From NCBI GenBank assembly GCA_964016885.1, contig OZ024744.1, forward strand, positions 81,530,001 through 81,594,000: 64,000 nt of DNA, written 5' to 3'. Position numbers and translations under genes: made by a program. The notes beneath the pieces are model-generated. The model saw only the letters and a program-made list of their open reading frames with translations, was not told the origin of the DNA and ran no database searches. Source of the stretch: Eledone cirrhosa (lineage: Eukaryota). Below, one piece after another: positions 39,716-52,991 of this stretch; within the stretch, counting starts at the first letter, position 1, and the number at the start of each line of letters is the position of its first letter.

Positions 39716-40614
39716 ATATCGTAATAACATCAATAATTTTAACTTCGGAGAACAAAAGAATTTCTAAATTTATCTGCGTGGTTAAGTTCCTTTTCAATTT
39801 CGGTGCGCCTAGTTATGTCCCATTCTGCAACACCAGGGGGACAAAACTCGGTAAAACCCACAGTTAAACCTTAATTATAATATAAAAATTAAAAAAAAAT
39901 GAACCACATGGTACTGTTGCTCAATGCACATAATTAATCCCCTCAATGTTTTCACACAAATCCAATTTAATGATGTCGATGATATGAAAGACTGTAAAGA
40001 GCCAATTGAACAGTTTTACTTTTTCTTTTATGTATACATTTGGCTATGAGACTTTGATTGTCTTAATAAACCTTGGCAAACATGTATGCTTCAGCTGACA
40101 TTCAGATCCATATCCAATAATCACCTACCTTTTCATTTCCAACCTCGCCCGAAACAGAAATTGAATTTAGTAGCTGCCGAAAGAGGAAGAAGAAATATCT
40201 CACACACACACACAAAGTATCTTTCTACACTCTAAACTTAGTCTGTAATAAATAAATAAATAAATAAATAAAAAATATATATTTCTTTGGTGATTTGGTG
40301 ATATTTCCTCATTCACTTAAGGGGCTCGCCAAATTCAGGTTTCAATTGCAGGAGTACCCAGAAATGTAAAAAATGCCAAATGATCAATGTTTGGCTGGCT
40401 TATATTCTTCAAATATTCAAGTTCCTGCACAAGCCATCGAGAAAGCCTCTGCACGGTTGTTGAACCTATAGGAATAAACCTAACTGTACCACACACACAC
40501 CCTTTCTCCAAAACCGCTGACTGATTACACAAGTTTTTCTCAAAATGCCCCCCCCCCCCCTGTTTCTTCCTCTTCTCACTTGTCTTTCTATTCAATCATT
40601 TATTTCTCAATCTA

Positions 40615-40650
40615 TCTACTGATGAAGGACTAGTGTCCGAAAAGTTAAGA
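40615..40650 (+). ncRNA. Minimal hammerhead motif, family A (antisense in LRRC47 intron 1)
   Basis: UCUA-CUGAUGA-A-GGAC-UAGU-GUCC-GAAA-AG-UU-AAGA. Confidence 0.6.
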
Positions 40651-41879
40651 CTCTTTTATGACCTCCAAACCAGTCGGAAACAACTAGCTTACTAGAAAAA
40701 GAATGGGGAAGGTGATTGGGGAGACCCTCGAAATTTCGCGTTTGGCGGGAATATTTTTTTCATAGTGTTTTCTTCGCATGTTATTGACGAATCTGAACTC
40801 TTAACACACTAAGCTTAACCCAACTCTAAATAAAAACAAAAAGAATACTTTAACACGAAAAATAAAAGAAAACTCCGGGGCTGGGTGGATGAAAAGACCG
40901 AGTGTTTCCCTTTCCCACCTCCGTTTTCCGAGGAAAAAAGTTCTCTGCGGCAAAAAAAAACAAAAAAAAAACAAAAAAAAAAAACACACATGCACGAAGA
41001 AAAAATATTTCCCGTTGAAACTTGTAGAGGTGATTTTTCTATATTAATACCGTTTTTTCTTATATCTCCAGAGGCAACGGAAAGTAGTTCCAGCTAGATC
41101 CTCTCAACAAAATCTCCATACGGTTTAAATACATTGTAAGTCTCCGATACCCGAATGGCTAAATGTCAACAGAAGGGTACCCAGCCCCCTTAGAGTGTAA
41201 GAAGTTAAGGGCCGAAACACTTGCTTGAGAGGGGTGGTGATAGTGCGGTATTCTCTGTAGACCTGCTGAATGTTTCTTACCACTTTATAGATATGTTTAC
41301 AGTTTTAATTAAATTTATCACTTTTTATGATATTCAAATAAATGACCTGTTCTTTGATTCTCTTAATCACGCAGCTATACCTGCGAATATGAATTGTTTA
41401 TATATTATATACACGTGGCCAGGTTTCTCTAATAGACCAGTGTCAATACTTAAGCCGGCAATATCATTCAACTTATTTAATTTTTGAAGTCCAGGATTGG
41501 TATACCATATATACCAGGACTACTGAAAATACGAATAATCATACAAACTGAGAAATTTGCGTTTTAATAAAGTTATGGGTTGCATAAGAGAAACCCTACA
41601 GTATATGCCGACTACTGACAATCCAAAAGTGATTAAAGATAAAAAAGATATTTTTATCTTGTATTTCTAGGATAAAATTACATAAATATTATATCCTTAC
41701 AAATGACACAGAATTAAATATATGAGCGAGTAAATTCGTAGAAATAGGGACAAATGTCGGGTTAGCAGCAAGCACCTTGTGATTGAAAAGCTAACATCTT
41801 ATTGGAAGGCTAACTTCTTTCTTGATCGAAATCGGAAATGCACTGCATGTGTGTAAATTTCAAAGAGTTACATACAATG

Positions 41880-42034
41880 ATATTAAACTATATTTATAAA
41901 ACCACATTTATTCTATTATATATATTTAAGGGTACCAACATTTTGGTACGCTATCATCAGATAAAATACGAAGTGTGTTTTATAAATTTTGATATAAGCA
42001 AGGAGAATATACCTTAACGGTTCAAGTTATCCTT

Positions 42035-42104
<70 letters not shown>

Positions 42105-42253
42105 AAGGATAACTTGAACCGTTAAGGTTTGATTCCTGGGTATGTCACTATTTATAAAACAAATTTTGTATTTTATCTGATGAGTGCGTACCAAGGTTTT
42201 GGTACCCTTGAAATATATATAATAGAATAAATATGGTTTTATAAATATAGTTT

Positions 42254-42260
<7 letters not shown>
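41880..42260. repeat. Head-to-head pair of hammerhead-bearing family B elements around a (TA)n tract
   Basis: cttaacggttcaagttatccttgg-(AT)n-ccaaggataacttgaaccgttaag. The arms are homologous over ~150 bp but diverged. Confidence 0.85.
42169..42229 (+). ncRNA. Type-I hammerhead ribozyme motif, family B
   Basis: UAUUUUAU-CUGAUGA-GUGCGUACCAA-GGUU-UUGGUACCCUU-GAAA-UAUAUAU-A-AUAGAAUA. The partner at 41909-41968 (-) lacks the G of GAAA. Confidence 0.7.
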
Positions 42261-42310
<50 letters not shown>

Positions 42311-42360
42311 TATATATACATACACTAACACACGTGGCGTATTATTATGGTTGTCTAAAG

Positions 42361-42492
42361 TAGGGTTTCTCAAACGTTTTCAAACGCGGAACCTTTTTGG
42401 GAGGGAACCCCAAAGTCTAATACTGTTATATGGTTGTAATATAAAATATACTCTTCTACCTATTTTCACGGAACCCACTTTGGGAACCACTG
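42361..42492. mobile_element. hAT (Charlie-like) MITE
   Basis: Perfect 8-bp TSD gtctaaag on both sides; TIRs tagggtttctcaaa / tttgggaaccactg. Confidence 0.8.
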
Positions 42493-45400
42493 GTCTAAAG
42501 ATCTTATGACCTACGATAGATAGAAGTTGTTTGAATTGTGTTGTTCTATAATACCTTTATCCTGATCCAAGACATTCCAGCTGTAACCATCATGTCTTTT
42601 TTAAGGTGACCTAAAAATATATTATTATTGAATGTCTTTTTTTTCATTTTAAGACAATAAGGTATGATCTGAGGAAGATTTGGCTTCTGTTTTTAGCAAG
42701 CCATGTCGTCGAAAATAAGCTTCATCGTTGACGCGTGTTGTTACAGCAATATGAAAGACGAGTGAAAATCATTCTCTTTTATTTAATAAAACAACAAAGT
42801 AATTGTGTGTATGTGTGTATATGTGTAACGTCGGAACTAGTGACCTATACCTCCAACTAACTTACCCTCAGCCTCTTGATCCCGACTGTCGGGATGGAGA
42901 GTACATTGCCCCGAGGATAGGAGTACGGCAAGTGATGAATTTATTTTGCCAATGATTTGAATAAGAGCCTCTTTTTATGGTTGGTCCTAGTCCTACAATA
43001 TATTTATGGAACGTAAACTAATTTCTCAATGAGGGAGATTACGTACTCAAGACAACATGCTAGAAATAGCAACCAAGTACTAGTCAAGTCAAACCTAGGT
43101 CAGAAAAAAAAAAATAATAAACAGCATAATTCAGAAGTTCAACAGCCTGTAAGCAACGGCCTTTTCGTGGCTGTATTTATAATAAAATATACGTTATTTC
43201 AATTTCATTAATTAATAAAGAATTATGAAATTTTTACCAAGATAGTAGTAACTTAACATATGGTACTTATATAAAATTATATTGAAGATTTTAATTTAGA
43301 TAAGGACCTGTTAAAATAGGTGGTTTTGTTTCATAGAATCAGATCCAATTTTAACCGGGTTGTTATCAAAAGGGGTCAAACGACGCATAAACCTGCCGCT
43401 AAGATTGTTCTGCGCTAGAAGCAAATTCTGTCGTTGGTCCAAATTGTAGAAAATTGATTGCAAGAGGCTATGTAGCCGGTAAGAGTGTCAGACACCATGA
43501 GTTGCGACCTTTTACGGTCTGAGTTAAGACAATTTGAAATCTTTTCTTCCACCATCAATTGTTAAAAAACAAAACAAGTTAAAATCATTTAGTCGTCCAT
43601 TCGGAACGTACGTTAGTCTTTAGTTATACACTCACACATCTACACGTAAATACATAAACAGATACAGACAACAGAAGTGCAAACCCACACATACACATTC
43701 ATAGACACATTAATTATTACACACACACACACACATCTATGAATGATTGCGGAAGGGACTGGTGAAAGGTGTGTGTTGGGTCCCTTTAGGGTTTACCGGC
43801 TACATAGCCTATTCAACCACACTTAACCCGAAAATCGAGAAGTGTTCTACAAATTTACCGCAAAATCTTAGTTTCGCCGTAAAAGTGTTATATATTATAT
43901 GCATTCTTAATTTCGTCGCAAATTATTTATTTGGGATTTTTTATTTTCACATTCACCTCTGTCCTACTATCGTATCGTCAAAACATCCGCTATTATATTT
44001 TCACTTTTTTAGCGAACGAATCTAGGATTTTGTATGCCAAAATACACAACACACAAACAACTAATTTTACCTTCGTGCAGTTTAGACCCACGGCAACCCT
44101 AGCCGGCTTTTGTTTCTAGAAACGGGGTGTTCAAAAAAGATATCCAATTTGCCCATCTCATTTAAAGACTATGACGTGTTTTAAGAGAAACTTGGCTTCT
44201 AAATATTGCAGGTCGAGCAACCACATAAAAACCTTCCTCATGTATTTTGGCAATGCAGACTAACCCCCGCGCTTTCCTTAAAATGGTTGATTCAGCTATT
44301 GTAAATTAAAGACCTAGCTTCTATTTCTAGCAAGTCGAACGGCCACATAAAAACATCCCTAGTTCATTAATTAATGTTGGCAATACACCGCCCCACCCCC
44401 ATTAACATAGTGATTAAACTATCATAATTTAAGAAAGACTTGACATCTATTTCCAACAGGCCGAGAGACCGTTCTTCTATTTTGACAATGCCGCCTTGTT
44501 GAGGAGATAGCATTAAAATGGTGATTCAGCCCTCACTAACTAATTGGAGTAGAAAACCCCCACGTTTGCCAGGTCATATAAGTGGGTACTGTTGCTTAAG
44601 TCGCAATTAGAAAAAAACAACAAAAAAACAAAAAAAAAAAGCCGTAATTTTTTTTCTACCTGAACACATCCAACAGTTTATAATTATAATGCCGACCTAA
44701 AATCTCGTGTTTTCTTTGGTTGGAGCCCAAATATTCCTAATGTTTGATTTAGAAGCCAAAGTTTTAATCTTTGAAAACCATACTAAAAAATACAACAGTT
44801 TTGCAATAATTATACCCCCACTCCTGCAAAAAAATAAGAAATTATCAACTGAGTTAATTTTTCTGTGTACAAAACAAATTAAATAACTGATATGGTAAAT
44901 AAAGTGGGGGGGAAAAAAGTGACCACGACAAAATTGAGTAAGACGGCTTTCATTTTAAAGGAAAAAAAATGTTCACCCGAAAAATTACAAAATTCGACAG
45001 GTAAATAGTTTCATATTTAAGGTGGTCCACCGAAAAACAAAAAGCGCCAGTCAAGATTTCATAACAACAGAGACATTTAAGTGAAGGAAATACGACTGAT
45101 TAGGCAATAAACGTAGGTGGCACGTGGGCTGTTATAATACCACATGTATGCTAACAGAGTTTAGAACTTGCCGGAAGAATATTCTCTTTCGTTAAAGGAC
45201 ATATTGAAGCTCGATAATATTCTATGGAATATTTGGATATTATTATGGCATATAAACTACATTAGGGCCCTAATCCCACAAGGAAATATATCCTTAGTAA
45301 TTTCTGTCGCGAAATAAGTTTTATATTTTGAACCTGAAGACACTCCAGAGTAACAAGACTCAAACTTGTCCTGAATAAAGAATACTTATATCTCTCTATA

Positions 45401-45599
45401 TATATACACATGCACACACACAAACAGGAGATGACGAGGGAACTCTAAACACCCTAACGTATATACAAACAATTTGTCTATTGAATCAGTCGGGATGTTT
45501 CCATTTTCTTATTTCGGGATCTGTCAAGGATTCCAATTTTTTAGAAAAAAGATTATGTATTCAAAATCATTAAAATTTTTTTTAATATTTGTTATTTAC

Positions 45600-46601
45600 C
45601 TGTAACTGAATAAATTTCTTGTACAGACTACCTTCTCTCTTCAAGTCAACATCTTTAACTATACAGCAGATAATATACGGTCGGATAGCAACGGCATTTG
45701 ATGTGATTCGAACTGTCACACCATCTTCTTCGGGAAAATGTAAAACATGAATAACACTTTTGGGCACATCGTTCTCTAATGCGTCTTTTTTGGACTGCCG
45801 GTTCTTCTTTTTGGCCTTTCCTGACCTCGGGACGCCAGAAGAGCCGCGCCCTTCTTCAGACTTTTGCTGTTTGCTGAGAGCAGTGGATAGAAACTCAAAA
45901 ATAGTCTTCTTATTCGATTGTTCCAGTAATTTTAGCAGTTTCCTATCTTTTACTCGGTTTCCTTTGAGATTAAGCTCTTTAAGGCGTTCACATAAACACA
46001 GTTCTGGTGTAATGTCTTTTAGGTGGTTTTCTGACAAGTCCAAGACATTGAGGTGAGACAAGTTATTCAGTTCGGGAGGAATTTCTTCAATTTGATTGTT
46101 AGAAGCTAACACGTGGCTTAAATGGACCAGATTAAGGTCGGTTATACCATCAGGAAGGCTTTTTAACTGATTAAACGAAATATTCAATTTATGAAGGTTT
46201 TTGAGAGCTGCTATAGGTGGAAATATTTCGAGTTGGTTTTTGTTAACATTTAATACTTCCAAACCAGTCAAACCGTTTATTTCATTTGGAATGCTGGTTA
46301 TTTCATTATTAGACATATCCAGAACTTTCAGCTTGGTTAACTTGCCGACCGAAACTGGAATGGTTTTCAACTTATTAGAACACAGTATTAAACTAGTTAA
46401 GTTTGACAGATTTCCTACATCTGCACTTAACTCACTCAAACAGGTCATTGATATTTCCAAGTGATTTAAACCGACCAAAGTAAATATACCTTTGTCCAAT
46501 CCATTTTTCGTAATCCTTGAATTAATCTGTTGTCCTTTAAGGGATAATTCATGACGATTTTCCCTTTTCACTGTTTCAACTTCAGCCCACATAGACTCCA
46601 T
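45600..46601 (-). CDS. LRRC47: LRRC47 coding exon 1: LRR array, Lys-rich linker and start of the B3/4 domain
   Basis: Multiple LxxLxLxxNxL repeats, then IRPYIICCIVKDVDL...KKFIQLQ. CAG|gtaaat donor, 1002 nt, phase 0. The spliced product is about 537 aa. Confidence 0.93.
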
Positions 46602-46849
46602 ATTTGAAAGGCAGTGAATTGAGGAAGTAAAGCTATAAACTATTTTACATTAAAATATTCAAATTCATAAAATACATAACTCTATTTTATACAACATTAA
46701 TCATTTTCTTAAATCATATAATGTTTTCTATTTTAGATTCTAAAAGAAAAATTACTACTTAAAAAAATAAATCCAAAATCTGCTAATATATAGATGATAG
46801 CTCTGAAATGTAAATAATTATATTTCTTCTCCGGCATTAATTTAAAGAT

Positions 46850-46995
46850 AACATAGTTGTCTTCCTTCTATTTCGGTAGATCGCCAGCACACGTGCTACA
46901 CTCGCGCGCATAACACTTACTTTATTCTTTCCGAGGTAACTGATCTGCTACAAATAACATAGTAGCCAAAAACTTCGCCGAGTACACCATAATCT
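46850..46995 (-). promoter_or_regulatory. Putative LRRC47 promoter / non-coding first exon
   Basis: Local CpG cluster with CACGTG and TCGCGCGCA. Minus-strand GTAAGT donor at ~46920 and a tttcag acceptor at ~46803, upstream of the ATG. Confidence 0.35.
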
Positions 46996-48175
46996 CTTTA
47001 TAATAATCGTTTCTACTATTGGCACAAGGCCAGCTATCACTCCAGTACATTACTGGTACTTTATTTTATCGACCTCGTAAGGATGAAAGGCAAATAATAA
47101 AGAGAACTAAATTTCAAAATAACCCACACTTATGATTATTATTTTCTTATTCAAAATGTGTGCATCCCAACGCAAATAACAACAATCGATCACCCCTCCC
47201 ATCAGGGGTATTTTACCCGATTTTTCTCAACTATTATTTACACTGATCGACTGTTATTATGGTCATTTGTATTGAGATGTATACATTTCATATTTTACCA
47301 ATGCTTCTATAACGGAATACCCCTATATTTTACAAGCGAAGATTCGAAACCGAATCTGAGCTTTCCCGCCTCTGGCTCGCCTTTTTCCTGTCAACGATGA
47401 TGGATGACATTCCACTTGACCTGTGACCCCAACCCCTTGGGAGGTGCTAACCACAGGTCAGATCATATATCCATCCTTCTAACTTTAGCACTTATAAATA
47501 CAAGGACTGAGGGAACAAAAGGGGCAGAATCAAAGCAGCAGTCGAGAAGATAACTATGTAGTGTCAGTAGACCTTTCACCCTATCTTTCTCCTGGCCCTT
47601 ACTGGCTTACCTTCTCGGCCAGACAGCCAGCCATGCCTGCCTGACAGATTGACCATTACTACTTTAGGAAATTAGTATCAGTGTATATAAATATTATCAA
47701 GAATGACAATAAATGCAGGTGAGAATTGTGACATGGTTTTACTTCACAGAAGTCAAATAAATTGTTACAAAGAATTGTTACCACATGTTGATGTTCAGGT
47801 GGTCACAACTCCCAGACTGGAGTGTGTGGAGGAGAACAGAAAATCTTCTTTTGGTAAGGTTCAAGTGTTTCTTTAGGCTGCCGGTGTTCTTCTTGGGTGC
47901 GAAGGGAGTGAAACAGGAGTCATCTCTTGACAAGGTCTCGGGTGTTCTTGTCCCTTCGAAGTTCAAGAGTAGAGTGTGTCTTATGGCTTGATTGTCCTCG
48001 ACTATATAGTCCCCAGGGGGACGCAACTCCGTTTAGTACATGAATCTGCCGCTGGGAGTCACGCTCGTCGCAAAGGGACATACCTCCTATACGTGCTGAG
48101 TCACAGCCGTAAGGGGCCGCTACACTACTATGAGAATAAGATAAACTAAGAATAGGCACACGCATAGTAAGTTCA

Positions 48176-48356
48176 TGGCAGTATCGGTAGAGGGTCGGAC
48201 GCCATGCTTTGACGCATAAAGTTACGGTCCTTGCCATTCTGAGTTCAAATCCCGCTGAGGTTAACTTTGCCTTTCATCCTTACGGGGTCGCTAAAATAAA
48301 GTACCAGTAATGTACTGGGTAATTGCTGGCCTTGTGCCTAAAGTAGAAACAGTTAT
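48176..48356 (+). mobile_element. Meta/MESC-type tRNA SINE
   Basis: Near-identical to the reverse complement of 17509-17696. Confidence 0.8.
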
Positions 48357-49899
48357 ATTATACTCTCATCCTATTCTATCTGTAATATTGTATTTTCAAG
48401 ACACAACACAACTCATACTATATAGTCTTCTCTGATACATGGATTCATGTTGGCTCTACGAGCCAACAATTTAATGTAGCAACGGTTCATGTCATAAATT
48501 TTATCATTCGATGTTCAAATCGAATATTGTTATTGTAAATTAAACATTGGCATTATTCATTTCATCAAAACGATCATACCAACAATACAATCTATCTGTT
48601 ACACTTCTTAGGTCAACCGCTTTTTATATTTTAAATATTGGAGATTACGCGATTCTGGAAAAAAAAAAAAGTTACTGGTGGAGTATGTGCTTATATAGAA
48701 ATTCTGTCGAAAGTATACATTACATAATGTAGTCCAAGATATATTGCATCTGATTGAAAGGTGGAATGGTCACAACTGGAACATCCTCAATCATGGACTT
48801 GCTGGATCAGGGCTGACTCATCTCTTTCTATATAAAAATGAAGGTGTGTAAGAAGTGTGTGTCTTTATTGCTGCTGGTAGTTCACTGGACAAAATATGAG
48901 CATAGTGTACATTTCAAGCACTCTGCAGGAATTTATTATACTAGAATTTTTTTCAACATGCTGACGAGTATGTGTATATGTGCATATACATACATTTATA
49001 TGTATGAGTATATAAATATAAACATGCAAACACAGACACGTTTCCCCTTCCTTTTACACACACAAGCAGTATACATAAAGAGAGAGGAGTACTATGAGGT
49101 AGTCAAACTACTCTCCTTTTATATGTGATAGAATCGCAGAAATTTATATATAGATATTGCAATTGGTGAACAATAGAATTGTGGTTAATGTTTTCTAGTA
49201 GATCAATCATTGGTTCACTGCATTTCTGATAATCAGAGTAACATGGGGGCATTTGTAACTTGGTGTAGAACTCAGAGGAATTTGCTTGAAAAACACCAGA
49301 AAACCTAGAGCCAAATGGCAGTCATTAGAGCAACAGTATTTCTAATATTTAATCCAGCTCCTTGCATTTTGAGTTTGAATTCTGTTGATGTTAACTTTGC
49401 CCTTCATCCTTCTGTGATCAATAAAATAAAGTACAAGTTAAATATTGGGGTTGATACATCAATCACAAAATCACTGAGAATTCTATATTAACTTCTGAGT
49501 TGGTAGAACTTTGGGATTATTTTGAATTCTTGTCCAATTTTGTTGAGGGTTGGATTTTCATCCTATGGCCTCATTATATTCTTCAACCTTTGCCATTATT
49601 TTGGCTTGGTTTCTGTGGAGCGGTACATTGGCCACAGTCAATTTTGCAGTATGTCACCCCATGTACAGTGGTATCATTACATATTCTTGTAAGATGTAGG
49701 TTATATTGGAGGTTCTGTGAACTTTCTGCTCACTCATGTTTTCTCCCTCTTGTTATTTACGTAGCCATCTCTCATCTCTATTTACAATGGTGTGGGAAAT
49801 TGTAATCCATGATTTCATACTCTTTCTTGTTGTGTCAACAAGAGTGTCAATTAAAAAGCTTGGTTAGATGTGGTTCCACCACAGCTGAACACATTGCTG

Positions 49900-50400
49900 T
49901 CCTTTCTCATTAAACTCTGCCAAGTCCAATGTTGTGCAGGGGGCGTATCAGGAGGTGCTTCGTAGTCTGTGGTTTGATGCTGTAGTCACACACAATGTCC
50001 CAATCCTTTAAATATCCCCATTTTGCAAGAGTGACTTTTGCACATCCAACACCAGATCTTATTCTGTGTAGGCATTTCCACACTGCATAGTTTGTATCTA
50101 CTCCAAGGGCAGTGCCTCGCCCACCTTTAGCTCCATTGTTGTTACTGATGGGAGGTTGTTAAGTTTTTCTTCCCAACGAGTGATTCTTTCACTACTTATG
50201 CTTGATGATCCAAGGTGCGTGACGCTCTTTAGGAAACTTTTCCTGGATTTAAGGTTGCCTTTCGCCAAAGAGAATATGTTTTTGATCTGTAGTCTGTTAT
50301 TGACGCTCATTCTTACTGTGAATACATTTGTATTCTTTACTTTTTTCTGTCAACACCTTGGCACCTAATCAGAAAAGTCTTTGGCGGTGTTATAAATTTC
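49900..50400 (-). mobile_element. Ingi/Vingi-like LINE 3' remnant
   Basis: LKSRKSFL...WKCLHRIRSGVGCAKVTLAKWGY...CD...QTTKHLL. Confidence 0.55.
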
Positions 50401-51354
50401 TTTCTAAGTTAAATCAAACAATGTTTAAGCAATGATACATTCCTCAATAGTGATTAAGCACATCTTTAATCCGGCCAGAATTCTGTCACCTCTTTTTGTA
50501 ACCGGCTGCCCATACTAATGTTAAGGTATTGTTCTCAAAATAAATATCAAAATCTCATAGATTTGATATTAGGTGAGATAATTATGTAAAGTAAAGCCTT
50601 TACCATGAAAATATAAAAGTAAATATAGAGTAATGTACATATTAAAGGGTTAACTGAAATATTAAACAGTTAATTTTTTCACATTGCTTCTCAATGTTGT
50701 TACTATAATTATACTTTAATTTGTCCACCAATTTCAATGTTGTTTTGCTAAAAGCAATGAAATCTGTTAGTTTCAGGCCACCCTTGTATGTAGTTTTTGG
50801 TCTTCTAACTTTTCTGGCCATGAAGATCAGTCGACTATCTTTTGTCCTTTCCCTCTACCTACTTCTAAGCAATACAACTTTGTACTTTTGGCTCAATATT
50901 CTTTTTTCTGAAGAACAAGTGTTCGAAATGTTGGAATTTTCAGTGTTCCTGACAAACCAACTTGCTATAATCTACAGTATATATTCCTGTCTAAGTTGTA
51001 CAACATTTTACCATGAAAATACATTAGTCTGTTAGTTGGGATTAAAAATACCCTCTGAATTTGCTAGCCGTTTCTAAACAAAGCCTGCTTTGTGTCTCCT
51101 TATATATATATATATCTGCTATGGTTATATAGCATCTAATTGAATGGAAGGAAGCATGGGTGGCGTGTTGGTGTAATGACAACACATTGCAAACCAAAGA
51201 TGTGGTTCATGTCCCGTGTAGATCAATACTCATCCTTTTTTCTATTCAGAGGGTTTTTAAAATCCCAACTAACAGACTAATTCTATGTAGTCAAATACGG
51301 CATAAGCTCATGTTACTACCTAATATATATATAAACATCCCCCTTTCGGTCACT

Positions 51355-51668
51355 AACGACTATGGTTTTGCACCTAAAAAGTTTCCTTCTAAGGCACAAG
51401 CCAAGGTTTGTTTTTGGAAGACCAGCAGTCACCCATGCATACCAGTCTCCCCCTCTCCATGCCACCGATGTTGTCTAATGGAAAAGCAATGGCCGATACA
51501 GCTTGACACCAGTGACCTCACAACTCATTTCTACAGCCAAGTGAACTAGAGCCATGTGAAATAAAGTGTCTTGCTCAAGGACACAATGCATCCTCTGGTC
51601 CGAGAATTGGATTCATAATCTCTCAATTGCAAGCCCAACGCTCTAACCACTAAGCCATGTGCTTTCAC
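51355..51668 (-). mobile_element. tRNA-derived CORE-type SINE, near full-length
   Basis: A box tggcttagtgg; CORE-like tgtccttgagcaagacactttatttcac. Confidence 0.75.
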
Positions 51669-51782
51669 CTGTATATATATATGAAATGAACATAGTGTTT
51701 GCTAAAATAAATCTTTGAAGGAATTTCACCAGTCCGGCCTCCTGTCATTTTACTCCATAATTATACATATATATATATGTAT

Positions 51783-52128
51783 GGAGGCACATGGCTTCGT
51801 GGTTAGAGCATTGGCCTTGCAATCGAAAGGTTGTGAGTTCAATTCTCAGACCGGGTGATGTGTTGTTTCCTTGAGCAAGAGACTTTATTTCACATTGCTC
51901 CAGTTTACTCAGCTGTAGAAATGAGATGATAGGGACTGGGGTCCATATCATTCCACTGCAAAGTGGTCGTGGAGGTGCCACGGCAAAAAAGCACCCAGCA
52001 CTCACTGTAAATGAGGTTGGTTTTAGGAAGGGCATCCAGCTGTAGAAATCAAGCCAGAATCAGTTCCCGTCCCACCCTTGCAAGCAGGGAAAAGCGGACG
52101 TAAAATGAAATGATGATGATGATGATGA
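51783..52128 (+). mobile_element. CORE-type SINE head fused to an RTE-derived 3' tail
   Basis: A/B boxes tggcttcgtgg / gagttcaattc, then CORE, then aggaagggcatccagctgtagaaa and cttgcaagcagggaaaagcggacgtaaaatg(ATG)n. Confidence 0.75.
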
Positions 52129-52931
52129 TATGTATATGTATGTAAAAGGTAAACAGAAATAACAACACAAACAGTACAGTTTACAGGAGGAATATATTAG
52201 TTTAAAAACACTTGAAATAGCAATATATATAACCCTTTAGCATTCACCTTACTCTATATATACTATTATATTTTCATGGTAAAGGCTTTACCTCGCATAA
52301 TTATCTCACATAATATCGAATCTATGAGATTTTGAAAGTATTTATTTTGAGAACAATACCAGTTACAGCCAGTTTCAACAGAAAGAGGTAGAGAATTCTG
52401 GCCGGTTTGAACATTAAAGGGTTAAGTCTCACTTTTTGCCACAAAAAACAAAACAAAAAAAAAACTTAAAACTAACATGTTACTTACTTACTAAACCTTA
52501 TTTTAAAATATGTGATGCATTGTAAATGTTGTAGGTAATATTTCTTTTCTATGAAATGTTATAAATTACATAGCAAAAAAACAAACAAACCCAAACTAAA
52601 TGTTATAATTACATAGCAACCCCCCTCCCCCAACTTAACTTTATAAAAAATGGAAAGTCCCAAAATGAAAAAAAAAAGAATACCACCCATCATATAGTTT
52701 ACATATATATTTTATTACAAAATAATTTATAGTTCATAATGCAACAATATTTATATATATTCACATATGCTGTTCTTTTTTAAAATTAATTTTGAAAACT
52801 TATTTTTTTGTAAAAATTTACTTTAGAAAGAAATGTTATAAAATAAAATCAGGCAACATTTCTATGGTACCACACTTTAAGTATGACCCTGTGGTTGCTT
52901 TTTACAACTAGTTGTAGCATGATGACTCCTG

Positions 52932-52991
<60 letters not shown>

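Noticed and set aside
45582-45599. ORF-track C-terminus VNNKY* of the LRR protein
   Set aside because: This is intron read-through past the CAG|GTAAAT donor; the protein continues in exon 2.
47763-48468. Possible solo LTR (TG...CA)
   Set aside because: No matching TSD, PBS or partner LTR found.
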